From a virus, in IMG/VR virus record IMGVR_UViG_3300035661_000009, positions 96,016 through 160,015 of that record: 64,000 nt of DNA; one strand, given 5' to 3'. Made by a program: the position numbers and the translations under genes. Shown here in pieces: positions 1 to 8,469 of this stretch (the stretch's first letter is position 1; every line of letters starts with the position of its first letter). The notes beneath the pieces were generated by a model. The model searched no databases. It worked only from the letters and a program-made list of their open reading frames with translations, and was not told the DNA's origin.

Positions 1-157
1 ACCAAAAATATTCGCTTCCTTGTTTACAGAATAAAGTTCATAATGATTTAAAATCCTATTTGGACAATAAATCCTATACTTCGGGTGACCTTTCTTTGGC
101 TCAATCTCTAAGACATCATATTCGCCAACTTTTTTATGTACAAACATAGTTTTGTGC

Positions 158-520
158 TTAAAGCCACTCCACAGTAATTGGGTTAAATGGATCGTTAGTC
201 GAATAAACGATCTTATCAACGCCTGCATTACGCAAAATAACCTCACAATCAGAGCACGGCCTACTCAAACCGTATGGTTGTTCCTTACGCAAACGAACAA
301 TATATACGGTAGCTCCCCTCAACTCGCCCGGATTAAGTTTATTAAAGGCGTGGATTTCAGCATGGATCCCGGTAGCATACATATTCCTACCAGTCGCAAT
401 AACCCTACCGCCCTTAATAATTACGCAACCATGGCGATGATTATCTGTAACCTTAGCGGCGAGCTTAGCAGCGAGCTTAATATAACTTTGGTCCCGCCTG
501 CTAGCGTTCTCGGTTCGCAT
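158..520 (-). CDS. Zn-dependent cytidine/dCMP deaminase-family protein
   Basis: HGCVI, HAE and PCxxC (SRPCSDC) deaminase motifs. Confidence 0.85.
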   Translation of the reverse strand: MRTENASRRDQSYIKLAAKLAAKVTDNHRHGCVIIKGGRVIATGRNMYATGIHAEIHAFNKLNPGELRGATVYIVRLRKEQPYGLSRPCSDCEVILRNAGVDKIVYSTNDPFNPITVEWL

Positions 521-531
521 ACCTCACCCTA

Positions 532-1116
532 TCACGACCCGATCGGCCACGCAAGGGGCGCAGAAGAGTCAATATCGCAAGCATCTATCTCATTTGAAGT
601 GTCTGTAGGACCTGCCAGTTTACTCAGCCTATTAGGATCTGTAAATGTCTCCCACATAGCATCAATAATAGCTGGATCAGTCTTCAGACTTGAAGAATTT
701 ACAGTATTTACAGTATTGACAGTATTGACAGTATTTACTGGCACTTGTCCGATATAACTAGGGCTAGGCTGGCCCATCAAATTCTTCTTAGCTAGCTCCG
801 TTACGATATCATTAAGAGATTCGGAATTGTCCTCTCCCTCGATTTCAGTAATCTCATTTTCTTCAGCAATTTCTCCCAATTCTTCATGTTCGTCTGAATA
901 ATAGGGAACTCCTGACAAAACTTCGATTAACGCGCTAGGAACGACATAAAGAACCAGATCGTTATCAAACGATACTTCAACCTCTTCTTTATCTAGCCTA
1001 ATAGTCACGACTTCATTAGTGTAAGAGTTTTCCATACACCACTCAGTCTGAGACATTTCAATAAAGCCCTGCGAAATCATGAGATCAATACACTTGTCGT
1101 ACATTTGTGGGGTCAT
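532..1116 (-). CDS. hypothetical acidic protein with (VNT)n repeat
   Basis: 194-aa ORF co-oriented with neighbours; no motif recognised. Confidence 0.7.
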   Translation of the reverse strand: MTPQMYDKCIDLMISQGFIEMSQTEWCMENSYTNEVVTIRLDKEEVEVSFDNDLVLYVVPSALIEVLSGVPYYSDEHEELGEIAEENEITEIEGEDNSESLNDIVTELAKKNLMGQPSPSYIGQVPVNTVNTVNTVNTVNSSSLKTDPAIIDAMWETFTDPNRLSKLAGPTDTSNEIDACDIDSSAPLAWPIGS

Positions 1117-1193
1117 TTGGGTTATTGCCTTATTTTTCTATGTAAAGAAGGTGGTCATATACTTACTGGTCATATACTTACTGGTTTATGTAA

Positions 1194-1607
1194 TTAACTA
1201 AGGTTCGTTACAAAAAAAGACAAAAAAGACGCCGGTACTTCTTGTGTCATTTGCCAACTGCCAATTTCACTAATAGTTACTTCCATGGCTTTCCGCCATA
1301 CCAACCTTAGGATTTCGTTACGGAGCTTTCCCATATTTTGATTTAAAATCTCAATATTCTGAGAGCTTGGACGGAGATAGTTTGATAAAGCATTTCTAAA
1401 AAGATAGCGATGTTGCTGATATTTATACTGTGGCGCAATATTTACCTTCGGATCGCGCAAAACATTTTCTACATAAATATTATACATAATCCCGTGAAAC
1501 ATCCCAAGCTCTTTAGTAAGAAGAGAGATAATTAGTGGCTCTTCAATTAACATTCCAATTTGGGAAGCGTCGCGAACCGTTAAAACGCGTTTATAATTAT
1601 TCCACAT
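1194..1607 (-). CDS. hypothetical protein
   Basis: 137-aa ORF in minus-strand block. Confidence 0.6.
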   Translation of the reverse strand: MWNNYKRVLTVRDASQIGMLIEEPLIISLLTKELGMFHGIMYNIYVENVLRDPKVNIAPQYKYQQHRYLFRNALSNYLRPSSQNIEILNQNMGKLRNEILRLVWRKAMEVTISEIGSWQMTQEVPASFLSFFVTNLS

Positions 1608-1640
1608 TAATGAAGGTCCTTAGATTCATTGATCAGTTAA

Positions 1641-1784
1641 TTAATCGTTATGGAGACAAAACCCGAACAAATGGCCGACTTTATCTACCAAAACAATTCC
1701 TAGCTTAAAATTATTGCTAAGGAATAGGTTATTCATAGCAATGCCGATTTTCCACACCAAAAACTTAGTCTTTGAATTGGCCAT
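1641..1784 (-). CDS. small hypothetical protein (47 aa, MANSKTKFLVW...)
   Basis: ATG with GAGGGG upstream, directly after the promoter at 1800-1828; below ORF-track cutoff. Confidence 0.4.
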   Translation of the reverse strand: MANSKTKFLVWKIGIAMNNLFLSNNFKLGIVLVDKVGHLFGFCLHND

Positions 1785-1799
1785 ACGCCCCTCTGCCCT

Positions 1800-1828
1800 A
1801 CCCTAGCACGTCAAGGGGTGGGCGTCAA
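1800..1828 (-). promoter_or_regulatory. sigma70-type early promoter
   Basis: TTGACG-N17-TAGGGT with TG extended -10. Confidence 0.75.
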
Positions 1829-1858
1829 GGCCCACCCCTTGGATATTATCTTACTGTA

Positions 1859-3010
1859 TTACTTAACGCCCTTTACTACAATACTTTCTCCATGATCGTT
1901 ATGCTTCAGCCAACCAATACCTGAGACATACTCAAGTTCTTCCAAATCGTCTAAATCAACTTCTTTTTCCTCGCCGCTTTGGAAACTCTCCCACGCTTCC
2001 GATAGTGTTTCTACGTCTTCTGTATGACGGCGATCCGCTTCTAAAAAACCATTTACCACCTGATCGTAGGTGCGTCCCTGACCACTACCACTACCGGTTG
2101 AAATAATTGTCCCGTCTTTTGATGTAGTTGTGATATTTGAAGCGCCTCCATTAGCTAGTGGTGGGGTGGGGCGGCCACGAAGACTTGAGTATTCAGAATT
2201 ACTTGAGTCATCTTCTGACCAATTACCGCTAACGCTAAAATCATATGCCCTGTTATAGCCTCGATATTGATTCATACCACGCATATCAGCACCACCATTA
2301 CGCCAATCAGGCATATAAGTATTGTATCGGCTCTGGAATTCGAGCTTCATATCTTCCTTATACAGACAGCCGTCTTGAATGTAATACACTTGTCCGGTCT
2401 CGATTTTGAATTCAAAAGTATCGATACCAGCGGCTTTAATAGCCATTTCCGCATGACCATCATCGCTTGACCAAATAATACCAGTAGCTTCATCGGCATT
2501 TTCGCTTGCCTTAATCCCATGTACCGAAAGATCGCCACCACTTAGCTTACATAGATAAATACGGGTCGGATCTGACTTCCGAGTCCATACAATACTTCCA
2601 TAACCCGACAAATCCGACAAATCCTTATCTTCATTTAAATGAGCGAAGATATGCATCGAATCTACTTCAAACTTACGGTTATACTTAATTTGGAGTTCCG
2701 AATGGTTCGTAATAATCCCATTATGTGCGCCAATAATATCGCCAATATCAAATGGATGGCTATTGGCGGCACAAATAGATCCTGTAGTCGCCTTTCTAGT
2801 ATGGCCAATTAGCCTATCTTTGCCAATTAGAAGGCGGGCCCGTTCGGTTAGCTCCCCTACGCCGCGAGTTAGATTAGCAAAATCATAGAACCCCCAGCTA
2901 TCACCACCTCGCGAATCATTTCCAATAGCTAAAATTGCCGCTACCATTGCCTTTTGTTCATTTGATACGCCACTATTTTCAGTATACTCGAAGCCCAGAA
3001 GCCCACACAT
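1859..3010 (-). CDS. class II (Ntn) glutamine amidotransferase
   Basis: N-terminal MCGLLG; RGGDSWG, GHTRKAT, HPF, HNG, VDS motifs; adjacent to an amidoligase. Confidence 0.9.
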   Translation of the reverse strand: MCGLLGFEYTENSGVSNEQKAMVAAILAIGNDSRGGDSWGFYDFANLTRGVGELTERARLLIGKDRLIGHTRKATTGSICAANSHPFDIGDIIGAHNGIITNHSELQIKYNRKFEVDSMHIFAHLNEDKDLSDLSGYGSIVWTRKSDPTRIYLCKLSGGDLSVHGIKASENADEATGIIWSSDDGHAEMAIKAAGIDTFEFKIETGQVYYIQDGCLYKEDMKLEFQSRYNTYMPDWRNGGADMRGMNQYRGYNRAYDFSVSGNWSEDDSSNSEYSSLRGRPTPPLANGGASNITTTSKDGTIISTGSGSGQGRTYDQVVNGFLEADRRHTEDVETLSEAWESFQSGEEKEVDLDDLEELEYVSGIGWLKHNDHGESIVVKGVK

Positions 3011-3054
3011 TGATTATAGCCTTTCTTTAATTAGTTAAAAATTAATTCTAATTC

Positions 3055-4275
3055 TTACTTATCGCCAAACTTCTTCTTACGCTCAATTAGCCAATCTTTT
3101 ACGGTCTTATTGGGAGCAATGCTGTGAAGAATCATGAAACCTTCCCCCTTCATGTTCTTAATCTCCTTTTCAGACATTTCGAAAGCATAATCGATAATAC
3201 TCGCCCATAGCATGGCCCAGTTAGTTATATTTTCGTAACTAACAGTACCTTCAAACAAGCGGCATTCGAAGGTTCCACGGAAAATGTACGAATGGATATT
3301 CAAAGCGCCGTACCGAGCGTTATGATACTTCTCCCCACGTACGCTTGCAAGCGATTGGTTCTTGACACCATAGACATTTTCTACGATCTTCTTACCATTT
3401 TCTTGCGGAACCGCGAACTTCTCTAGATCCTTAATGTACTTCTTGGCCGTTCTTGCACAATACCTAGTGTTATTGCGACGAACATCGGGCATTAGGTCGA
3501 ATAGCGTATCCTCTAGCTTATCATAAAGGAAGATTAGCTTACGTACATCGAAGAACGTGTAATCGCGAGCGTCTACGTGAATATGATAACCGCAAGAATC
3601 GTTAGCTACTGCCCCAATTTCCTTCAATTCGTCAGTAATTTCCTTAACTTGAGTAAGGAAGGTATCGCCTTGAGCCGGAGCAGTATTAATTTCGAATGGA
3701 GAACCTCCATGAATACTTCCATCATGGACGATACCACCCCGCCAATTAGTTACAATAGTAGCTAGGTTGGCGCCAGACTTAACTAAATCAGCTACTTCCA
3801 ATTCAGCAGAAAGGAATCGTTCTGATTTATTTACCTTAAAAGTCTCGCTTGTGTGGAATTTCGGTTGACGCGGACCAGTTACATAAACCGCTAGTTCATC
3901 CCGGCAACTACAGCAATTATCACAATTGCCACAAACATTATGTGTTTGTACATCGCGAGCCCCGCAATCGGCACAGCGCACGCAGTCACAGCAATTATTG
4001 CAATTATCACATGAAGAACAAGCGTTGTCGGCAGCCGAAGAATGAGACGTATTACAATTCGGGCAATTCCAACACTCACAGCAATTGGCACAATCGTTGC
4101 AAGTAAAACAAGTATCTTGGCTAATAGTCGTGCAACGTGAGCATTGAATACAAATGCATTCATCGTTGGGAACGCTACATACAGCGCAAGTATCTACGGG
4201 AGTTGTGGGAGTTGTGGGAGTTGTGGGAGTTGTGGGAGTTGCAGAAACTACGGGCGGATCGATATTAGAAGGCAT
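3055..4275 (-). CDS. putative amidoligase (COOH-NH2 ligase) with Cys-rich N-terminal region
   Basis: ELE, HDGSI, EINT, SCGYHIHV, RYGALN, TFECRLFEGT motifs. Confidence 0.85.
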   Translation of the reverse strand: MPSNIDPPVVSATPTTPTTPTTPTTPVDTCAVCSVPNDECICIQCSRCTTISQDTCFTCNDCANCCECWNCPNCNTSHSSAADNACSSCDNCNNCCDCVRCADCGARDVQTHNVCGNCDNCCSCRDELAVYVTGPRQPKFHTSETFKVNKSERFLSAELEVADLVKSGANLATIVTNWRGGIVHDGSIHGGSPFEINTAPAQGDTFLTQVKEITDELKEIGAVANDSCGYHIHVDARDYTFFDVRKLIFLYDKLEDTLFDLMPDVRRNNTRYCARTAKKYIKDLEKFAVPQENGKKIVENVYGVKNQSLASVRGEKYHNARYGALNIHSYIFRGTFECRLFEGTVSYENITNWAMLWASIIDYAFEMSEKEIKNMKGEGFMILHSIAPNKTVKDWLIERKKKFGDK

Positions 4276-4453
4276 TTAGAGCTTCCTCTCGGTTAATGAA
4301 CTTCATATTCTCTTCTTTAAGCATCTTATTAAGATACTTCGTAATGTTCCTCGTATGGGTTAGGGCATCGTGAACGTCAGTCGCAGGAGGATTATCCTGC
4401 ATATCTTCTACTTCACTCTTTAGCTTCTCAATCATTTGAACTAGATCGTCCAT
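4265..4453 (-). CDS. hypothetical protein
   Basis: 62 aa, first gene after the 4508 promoter, overlaps the amidoligase start. Confidence 0.65.
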   Translation of the reverse strand: MDDLVQMIEKLKSEVEDMQDNPPATDVHDALTHTRNITKYLNKMLKEENMKFINREEALNAF

Positions 4454-4500
4454 GACCTTTTCTTTGCTTTGGTGTAGGTGGCTTGGGTTTCGTTGCTTGC

Positions 4501-4540
4501 CCTCTCAACCCTACCACGGTCGGTTTCCGGTTGCAAGGGC
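4501..4540 (-). promoter_or_regulatory. repeated early promoter, copy 1
   Basis: TTGCAA-N17-TAGGGT (4508-4536); 40 bp identical to 9971-10010. Confidence 0.8.
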
Positions 4541-4568
4541 TAGGACCCGCACAAGCGGGTATATGTAT

Positions 4569-4757
4569 CTATTGTAGTCTATTTACTTGTATCCACGTAC
4601 CGCCATAAATACCTTGCAGACTTTTGTATTTAGTATTAATAGATACGCATATAAATTCGCCCTTTACAGTGCTTATATGAAATTGATACCGCATTTTCAT
4701 CCTAGATATTGATAGTTTCTTAATCTTTACGCTACTATTCCAGATTAGGTGGATCAT
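4569..4757 (-). CDS. small basic hypothetical protein (MIH-start)
   Basis: 62 aa, ATGA overlap with upstream ORF. Confidence 0.5.
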   Translation of the reverse strand: MIHLIWNSSVKIKKLSISRMKMRYQFHISTVKGEFICVSINTKYKSLQGIYGGTWIQVNRLQ

Positions 4758-4966
4758 TGTTTTGGCTTATTAATTAATGTTTTAATTTCGTCGCCTTGAC
4801 AAGAACGTCTTTTGAACCTTAATTCAGTAAATATGTAAGATCTTAATTCTCCGTAATCGGAGTTAAAAATGCTGGAATCTGAAAACCCATCTGTATATGC
4901 TCTGGAGTATACAATCCTATCGTCTTTTATTGAAGACTGATATGCGTATCCATATAAATGTATCAT
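4754..4966 (-). CDS. small hypothetical protein (MIH-start)
   Basis: 70 aa, coupled to the next ORF. Confidence 0.5.
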   Translation of the reverse strand: MIHLYGYAYQSSIKDDRIVYSRAYTDGFSDSSIFNSDYGELRSYIFTELRFKRRSCQGDEIKTLINKPKQ

Positions 4967-5167
4967 TAATTAATGTCGTTGTTAGCCCGTCGATATGAAC
5001 TAACGGATTGCGAGAAACTGCGTTTTGAATAGTAACCCCCAAGAGGGTTTGGAAGTAATTATAGTTACAAGATTGTATCCGTTTACGCCCGTATCCAAAT
5101 CTTTTTTAATCTTGCTTACAGCTTTGCCATATCTAAAGACAATTGTGGGGAACAAGAGTTCTCGTTT

Positions 5168-5193
5168 AAATAAAAATAAAGGCCCGAAGGGCC
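5168..5193 (-). terminator. intrinsic terminator
   Basis: GGCCCTTCGGGCC hairpin followed by TTTATTTTTATTT on the minus strand. Confidence 0.75.
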
Positions 5194-5288
5194 TCTATAT
5201 CTTACTCATTGGGGGGAGATTAAAGGATTACAACAGAAGATGAAGCAGCGCCTTCAATTACAATGAGTCTGATTCTGTTAATTCTTTA

Positions 5289-5588
5289 TCAGGCAGGAAC
5301 GGGAGCTAAAGCTACCGTCGCGGTACGTTCAATAAGCAATTCACCTACAGGCATTTGAGTAACTACCGAACCTACTTTTTCGCCACCCTTTTCTAGGTAT
5401 TTATCGAATTCGCCAGTTTCGAAGACGATTTCGGCTTTCTCAAGTACGTAGTGGGTAGCAGTAACTTTCTTCATATTGCCACGATAAGCATAGGTTGATG
5501 TTTGAATATAATACCTACCTCCAATTACAAATAATCCTTCAGCAAGCATTTGATCGGTAGCTACGGAGACTTCATTGTCAGTTTTCAT
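5289..5588 (-). CDS. hypothetical protein (small beta-rich)
   Basis: 99-aa ORF with purine-rich leader. Confidence 0.7.
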   Translation of the reverse strand: MKTDNEVSVATDQMLAEGLFVIGGRYYIQTSTYAYRGNMKKVTATHYVLEKAEIVFETGEFDKYLEKGGEKVGSVVTQMPVGELLIERTATVALAPVPA

Positions 5589-5644
5589 TGTTTTCTATCT
5601 TTCTTTCTTGTTTATTACATACGGCTAACTACCTACCTACACCT

Positions 5645-5718
5645 TGGGTTCGGTGGGGTACGATCCCACAGCCTATTGATTAAGAGTCAATTGCACTGTC
5701 CATTTGTGCTACGAACCC
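5645..5718 (-). tRNA. tRNA-Lys(CTT)
   Basis: Cloverleaf GGGTTCG/CGAACCC, ATTGA-CTCTTAA-TCAAT; atypical T-loop ATCGTAC; no encoded CCA. Confidence 0.85.
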
Positions 5719-5727
5719 GCTTACTGT

Positions 5728-6249
5728 TTATTTACTGCTGTATTTAGCATAATCTGCGGCGTCTTTATCTTCCTCGTTTGCTATATCATTTTGATAATTA
5801 GCTTGTTTTATAGCTTTATCATAATCAACTTCATACTTAGCTTTTAATTCTGCTAGTAATTTCTTTTCTTTTTCAACCTTTTTAGCTTCTATTTTTGCTG
5901 CCAAGGTCTGCTTCTTTTCTTGAGCTTTAGTCCAGTTTGATTGGAGCGTACGAAGCTCTTTATCTATCTCTTCTTCTGTCTTTTTAATTACGTAATTTGC
6001 AATTAATTCAACGTCACCATAATTATAGCGACTATCGTAAACAGAATTAGTAGATAGTGACAGTTGTTGAATTTTTCCTTCTTTTTCTTTAGCTAATAAA
6101 TTAGTTAATTCTATAATAAGAATTTCTATGTCGCTATGTGACAGGTCTTCAGTAAATATCTGTATTGGCGGAACATAAAACGAAGGCATTTTAGGCGCTT
6201 TATTTTTAATCTTTGGCTTTGTGTTTGGCTTTGTGCTCGATTTTGACAT
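5728..6249 (-). CDS. hypothetical Lys/Glu-rich coiled-coil protein
   Basis: 173-aa ORF. Confidence 0.7.
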   Translation of the reverse strand: MSKSSTKPNTKPKIKNKAPKMPSFYVPPIQIFTEDLSHSDIEILIIELTNLLAKEKEGKIQQLSLSTNSVYDSRYNYGDVELIANYVIKKTEEEIDKELRTLQSNWTKAQEKKQTLAAKIEAKKVEKEKKLLAELKAKYEVDYDKAIKQANYQNDIANEEDKDAADYAKYSSK

Positions 6250-6496
6250 AATTCAGCGCTCCGATAAAAGTGTTAATACGGATTCAAAAGATAATTTTAT
6301 ACTATGGTTAATTATTTCTTCTCCATAACGGTTTAGTGTACTTAACCAAATCTATATGGGGATTGAAGCCAGACACTTTATATCCGGGAAACAAGATTTC
6401 GCATGTTTTAATGGTTTGTTTAACCAACTCAAAATAGAACTTTTCTGAGATTAGGGCCCCCCATTCCTGTCTAACGGATTTAACATCATCTTCATG

Positions 6497-6565
6497 TACT
6501 CCCGAAAAGAGTCGAACTTTTCCGGCAGGCTTATAAGACCCGCTTCCGCAACCGGCGACAGGAGC
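6497..6565 (-). tRNA. tRNA-Ile(TAT) with reduced D-arm
   Basis: GCTCCTG/CGGGAGT acceptor, CGGGT-CTTATAA-GCCTG anticodon arm, AAAAG-TTCGACT-CTTTT T-arm; 69 nt. Confidence 0.7.
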
Positions 6566-6623
6566 AAAAACCCTAATTCATCTAGGGTTAAATCCAAATC
6601 TATGTAATTTGCTATCTAACTAA

Positions 6624-6878
6624 TTAGACAGCGGGGGTCTTTTCGAATTCAACAACGAAAGTAGTCTCGTCGCGGTTTAGCCGCGCAAGAACACCGCTTA
6701 CTTCCGATGAGGGAGAATCAGCATAAGTTTCATCAGCCATATCGACGGTAAAACCTGCCGCCGTCAATAGTGAACTAACTAGCTCGCCAACGGCCTTCTT
6801 ACCTGATTTCGCGGGACCAGCAATCGTAATAGTAACAGTCTTTGACATATTGTTTCTCTTTCTTACTGCGTAATACAA
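6624..6878 (-). CDS. small protein with P-loop-like N-terminus (start probably MSKT at 6848)
   Basis: TITIAGPAKSGKK resembles a Walker A loop, but the protein is only about 74 aa. Confidence 0.6.
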   Translation of the reverse strand: MYYAVRKRNNMSKTVTITIAGPAKSGKKAVGELVSSLLTAAGFTVDMADETYADSPSSEVSGVLARLNRDETTFVVEFEKTPAV

Positions 6879-6921
6879 CGTTGTACAGCACAGCCTTACC
6901 TACCCCATGTAGATAAGACAG

Positions 6922-7003
6922 TTGAGTAGGTTGGAATCGAACCAACTGTATCCGAAGATGGCAGATTTACAGTCTGCTGACTTCCCATGAAGTCATCTAC
7001 TCA
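6922..7003 (-). tRNA. tRNA-Tyr(GTA)
   Basis: TGAGTAG/CTACTCA acceptor, GCAGA-CTGTAAA-TCTGC, long variable arm, GTTGG-TTCGATT-CCAAC. Confidence 0.85.
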
Positions 7004-7047
7004 ATAACAACCAAACTAACTGTAACTATTAACGAAGTCAATCCGTT

Positions 7048-7150
7048 AACCACTGCTCAACCACTGCTCAACCACTGCTCAACCACTGCTCAACCACTGC
7101 TCAACCACTGCTCAACCACTGCTCAACCACTGCTCAACCACTGCTCAACC
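7048..7150. repeat. perfect 11-bp tandem repeat (AACCACTGCTC x9)
   Basis: Nine exact copies plus 4 nt, intergenic, no spacers. Confidence 0.95.
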
Positions 7151-7173
7151 AACCCGTCCGCTACCGCCCGACA

Positions 7174-7202
7174 ACCCTATCACACCCGGTTCGTACCGTC
7201 AA
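7174..7202 (-). promoter_or_regulatory. sigma70-type early promoter
   Basis: TTGACG-N17-TAGGGT; one mismatch to the promoter at 14438-14466. Confidence 0.8.
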
Positions 7203-7329
7203 CACCCCGGCTTAACGCGCTGTGTTGCGGTTGCGCCGCTTATTCTTGCCTACCTGTATGCCCAACCCTAAGGCCGCAGTTAAAGCTATATTTAGTTATA
7301 TAGCTTGGAAAGTGCCAAAAAAATATGTA

Positions 7330-7944
7330 TCACGGATAGATGACCTTTTCTCTGTTTAACTTACTATCTGTTACCGCAATTGCGGTGATTATGCCAGATA
7401 CGCAATACATGTCCACTATCTTTCTAGCGACCTCTTCAATCGAACTAAAATAACTGCTAGGGAGGTGATAGTCAGACCACCTATAGCCAAGATCGTTTTT
7501 AATTAGACAGACATTGTGTCCATTTTGTTTACCTTTATCATCTATCCAGCAAACAGATAGCATCCGGGTAGTCAGGTCTTTTTCTTCAAAGCTCCCTTCA
7601 TTTACGGCATTTTCTATAACGGTAACTTGATACAGAGCGAATTCATCACAGTCATGACTATCTACCGTATCTGTTCCGGTTCTTTCAAAATACGATGGAT
7701 AAGAATAGGCATTCCATAATTCCTTAGCTCCGTCGGCTACCCAAAGCTGTTGGCGTATAAAGAAGTATATGTCTTTAAAGGTGGCATATTTACTTACTGG
7801 CTTATCTTTCCAGTCTCTTTGATATATCCACCTATATGCCTTGCTCCATTTACAGTCTAACCCAAGACTTAGGACGGTATATAGGGTTATTTTAATAATA
7901 AAGACATAAAGCTGCATTAGTTTACGGAAGATAACTTTGTTCAT
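7330..7944 (-). CDS. membrane-anchored transglutaminase-like cysteine protease
   Basis: Hydrophobic N-terminus; DCDEFA, GHNVC, WSD triad-like motifs. Confidence 0.6.
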   Translation of the reverse strand: MNKVIFRKLMQLYVFIIKITLYTVLSLGLDCKWSKAYRWIYQRDWKDKPVSKYATFKDIYFFIRQQLWVADGAKELWNAYSYPSYFERTGTDTVDSHDCDEFALYQVTVIENAVNEGSFEEKDLTTRMLSVCWIDDKGKQNGHNVCLIKNDLGYRWSDYHLPSSYFSSIEEVARKIVDMYCVSGIITAIAVTDSKLNREKVIYP

Positions 7945-7966
7945 ATCCGTAAGATTGCTTATGAAG

Positions 7967-8037
7967 CGCGACCTCTGGGAATTAAACCCACCCTACTAAC
8001 CTATACCGGAATCTATGTCCTACGGAAACAAAGTCAC
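7967..8037 (-). pseudogene. degenerate tRNA-like element
   Basis: GTGACTT/AGGTCGC acceptor pairing and TGGG-TTTAATT-CCCA T-arm at tRNA spacing; anticodon arm does not pair. Confidence 0.35.
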
Positions 8038-8193
8038 ATTGCTGTGCTATATAGTTTCCATTCAATAGTTAGCCTAATCTGGCGATCGCTTATTTCTTTT
8101 ATAGGAACCTTGACTATTACCGCGTAGTCAGATGTGAGATCTCTTTTAAATATTGTCTTTTCGTAGGCTTGTTTTGTCATAGTTACACGGACA

Positions 8194-8264
8194 CATAGAC
8201 ACATGGAGTCGAACCATGGCGAGAAGTTTTGGAGGCTTCTATGCTGCCGCAACATTTTGTCCGT
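8194..8264 (-). tRNA. tRNA-Trp(CCA), divergent
   Basis: GAAGC-CTCCAAA-ACTTC, CATGG-TTCGACT-CCATG, G73; mismatches in acceptor and anticodon stems. Confidence 0.65.
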
Positions 8265-8267
8265 AAG

Positions 8268-8338
8268 AGGGCTGACACAGAATTGAACTGTGATACAAAA
8301 GTTAACAGCTTTTTGCTTTACCGTTAAGCTATCAACCC
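8268..8338 (-). tRNA. tRNA-Asn(GTT)
   Basis: GGGTTGA/TCAGCCC, AAAAG-CTGTTAA-CTTTT, CACAG-TTCAATT-CTGTG. Confidence 0.85.
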
Positions 8339-8343
8339 ATAAA

Positions 8344-8417
8344 TCAGACATGAAAGATTCGAACTTTCGGCCTCTTGCGCCCAAGGCAAGCGCTCTACCA
8401 AACTGAGCTAATGTCTG
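8344..8417 (-). tRNA. tRNA-Pro(TGG)
   Basis: CAGACAT/ATGTCTG, canonical D-arm, CTTGC-CTTGGGC-GCAAG, GAAAG-TTCGAAT-CTTTC. Confidence 0.92.
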
Positions 8418-8469
8418 AAAATACCCCTATTTCTAGGGGTTTGATGCCTTTAAGATTGATACCTCCACA

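Noticed and set aside
152-757. Plus-strand 201-aa ORF and the many other short antisense ORFs in the track
   Set aside because: Shadows of well-supported opposite-strand genes, with no motifs or promoters
6309-6496. Open minus-strand frame (HEDDVKSVRQEW...) directly after tRNA-Ile
   Set aside because: Protein-like but has no usable start codon at its 5' end; possibly a gene remnant, not supportable as a CDS
7048-7150. CRISPR array
   Set aside because: Contiguous 11-bp units with no spacers, and no cas genes in the window
8034-8384. 116-aa ORF from the track
   Set aside because: Overlaps tRNA-Pro, -Asn and -Trp on the same strand; only the distal part (from MTKQAY, about 8180) could be a real small gene
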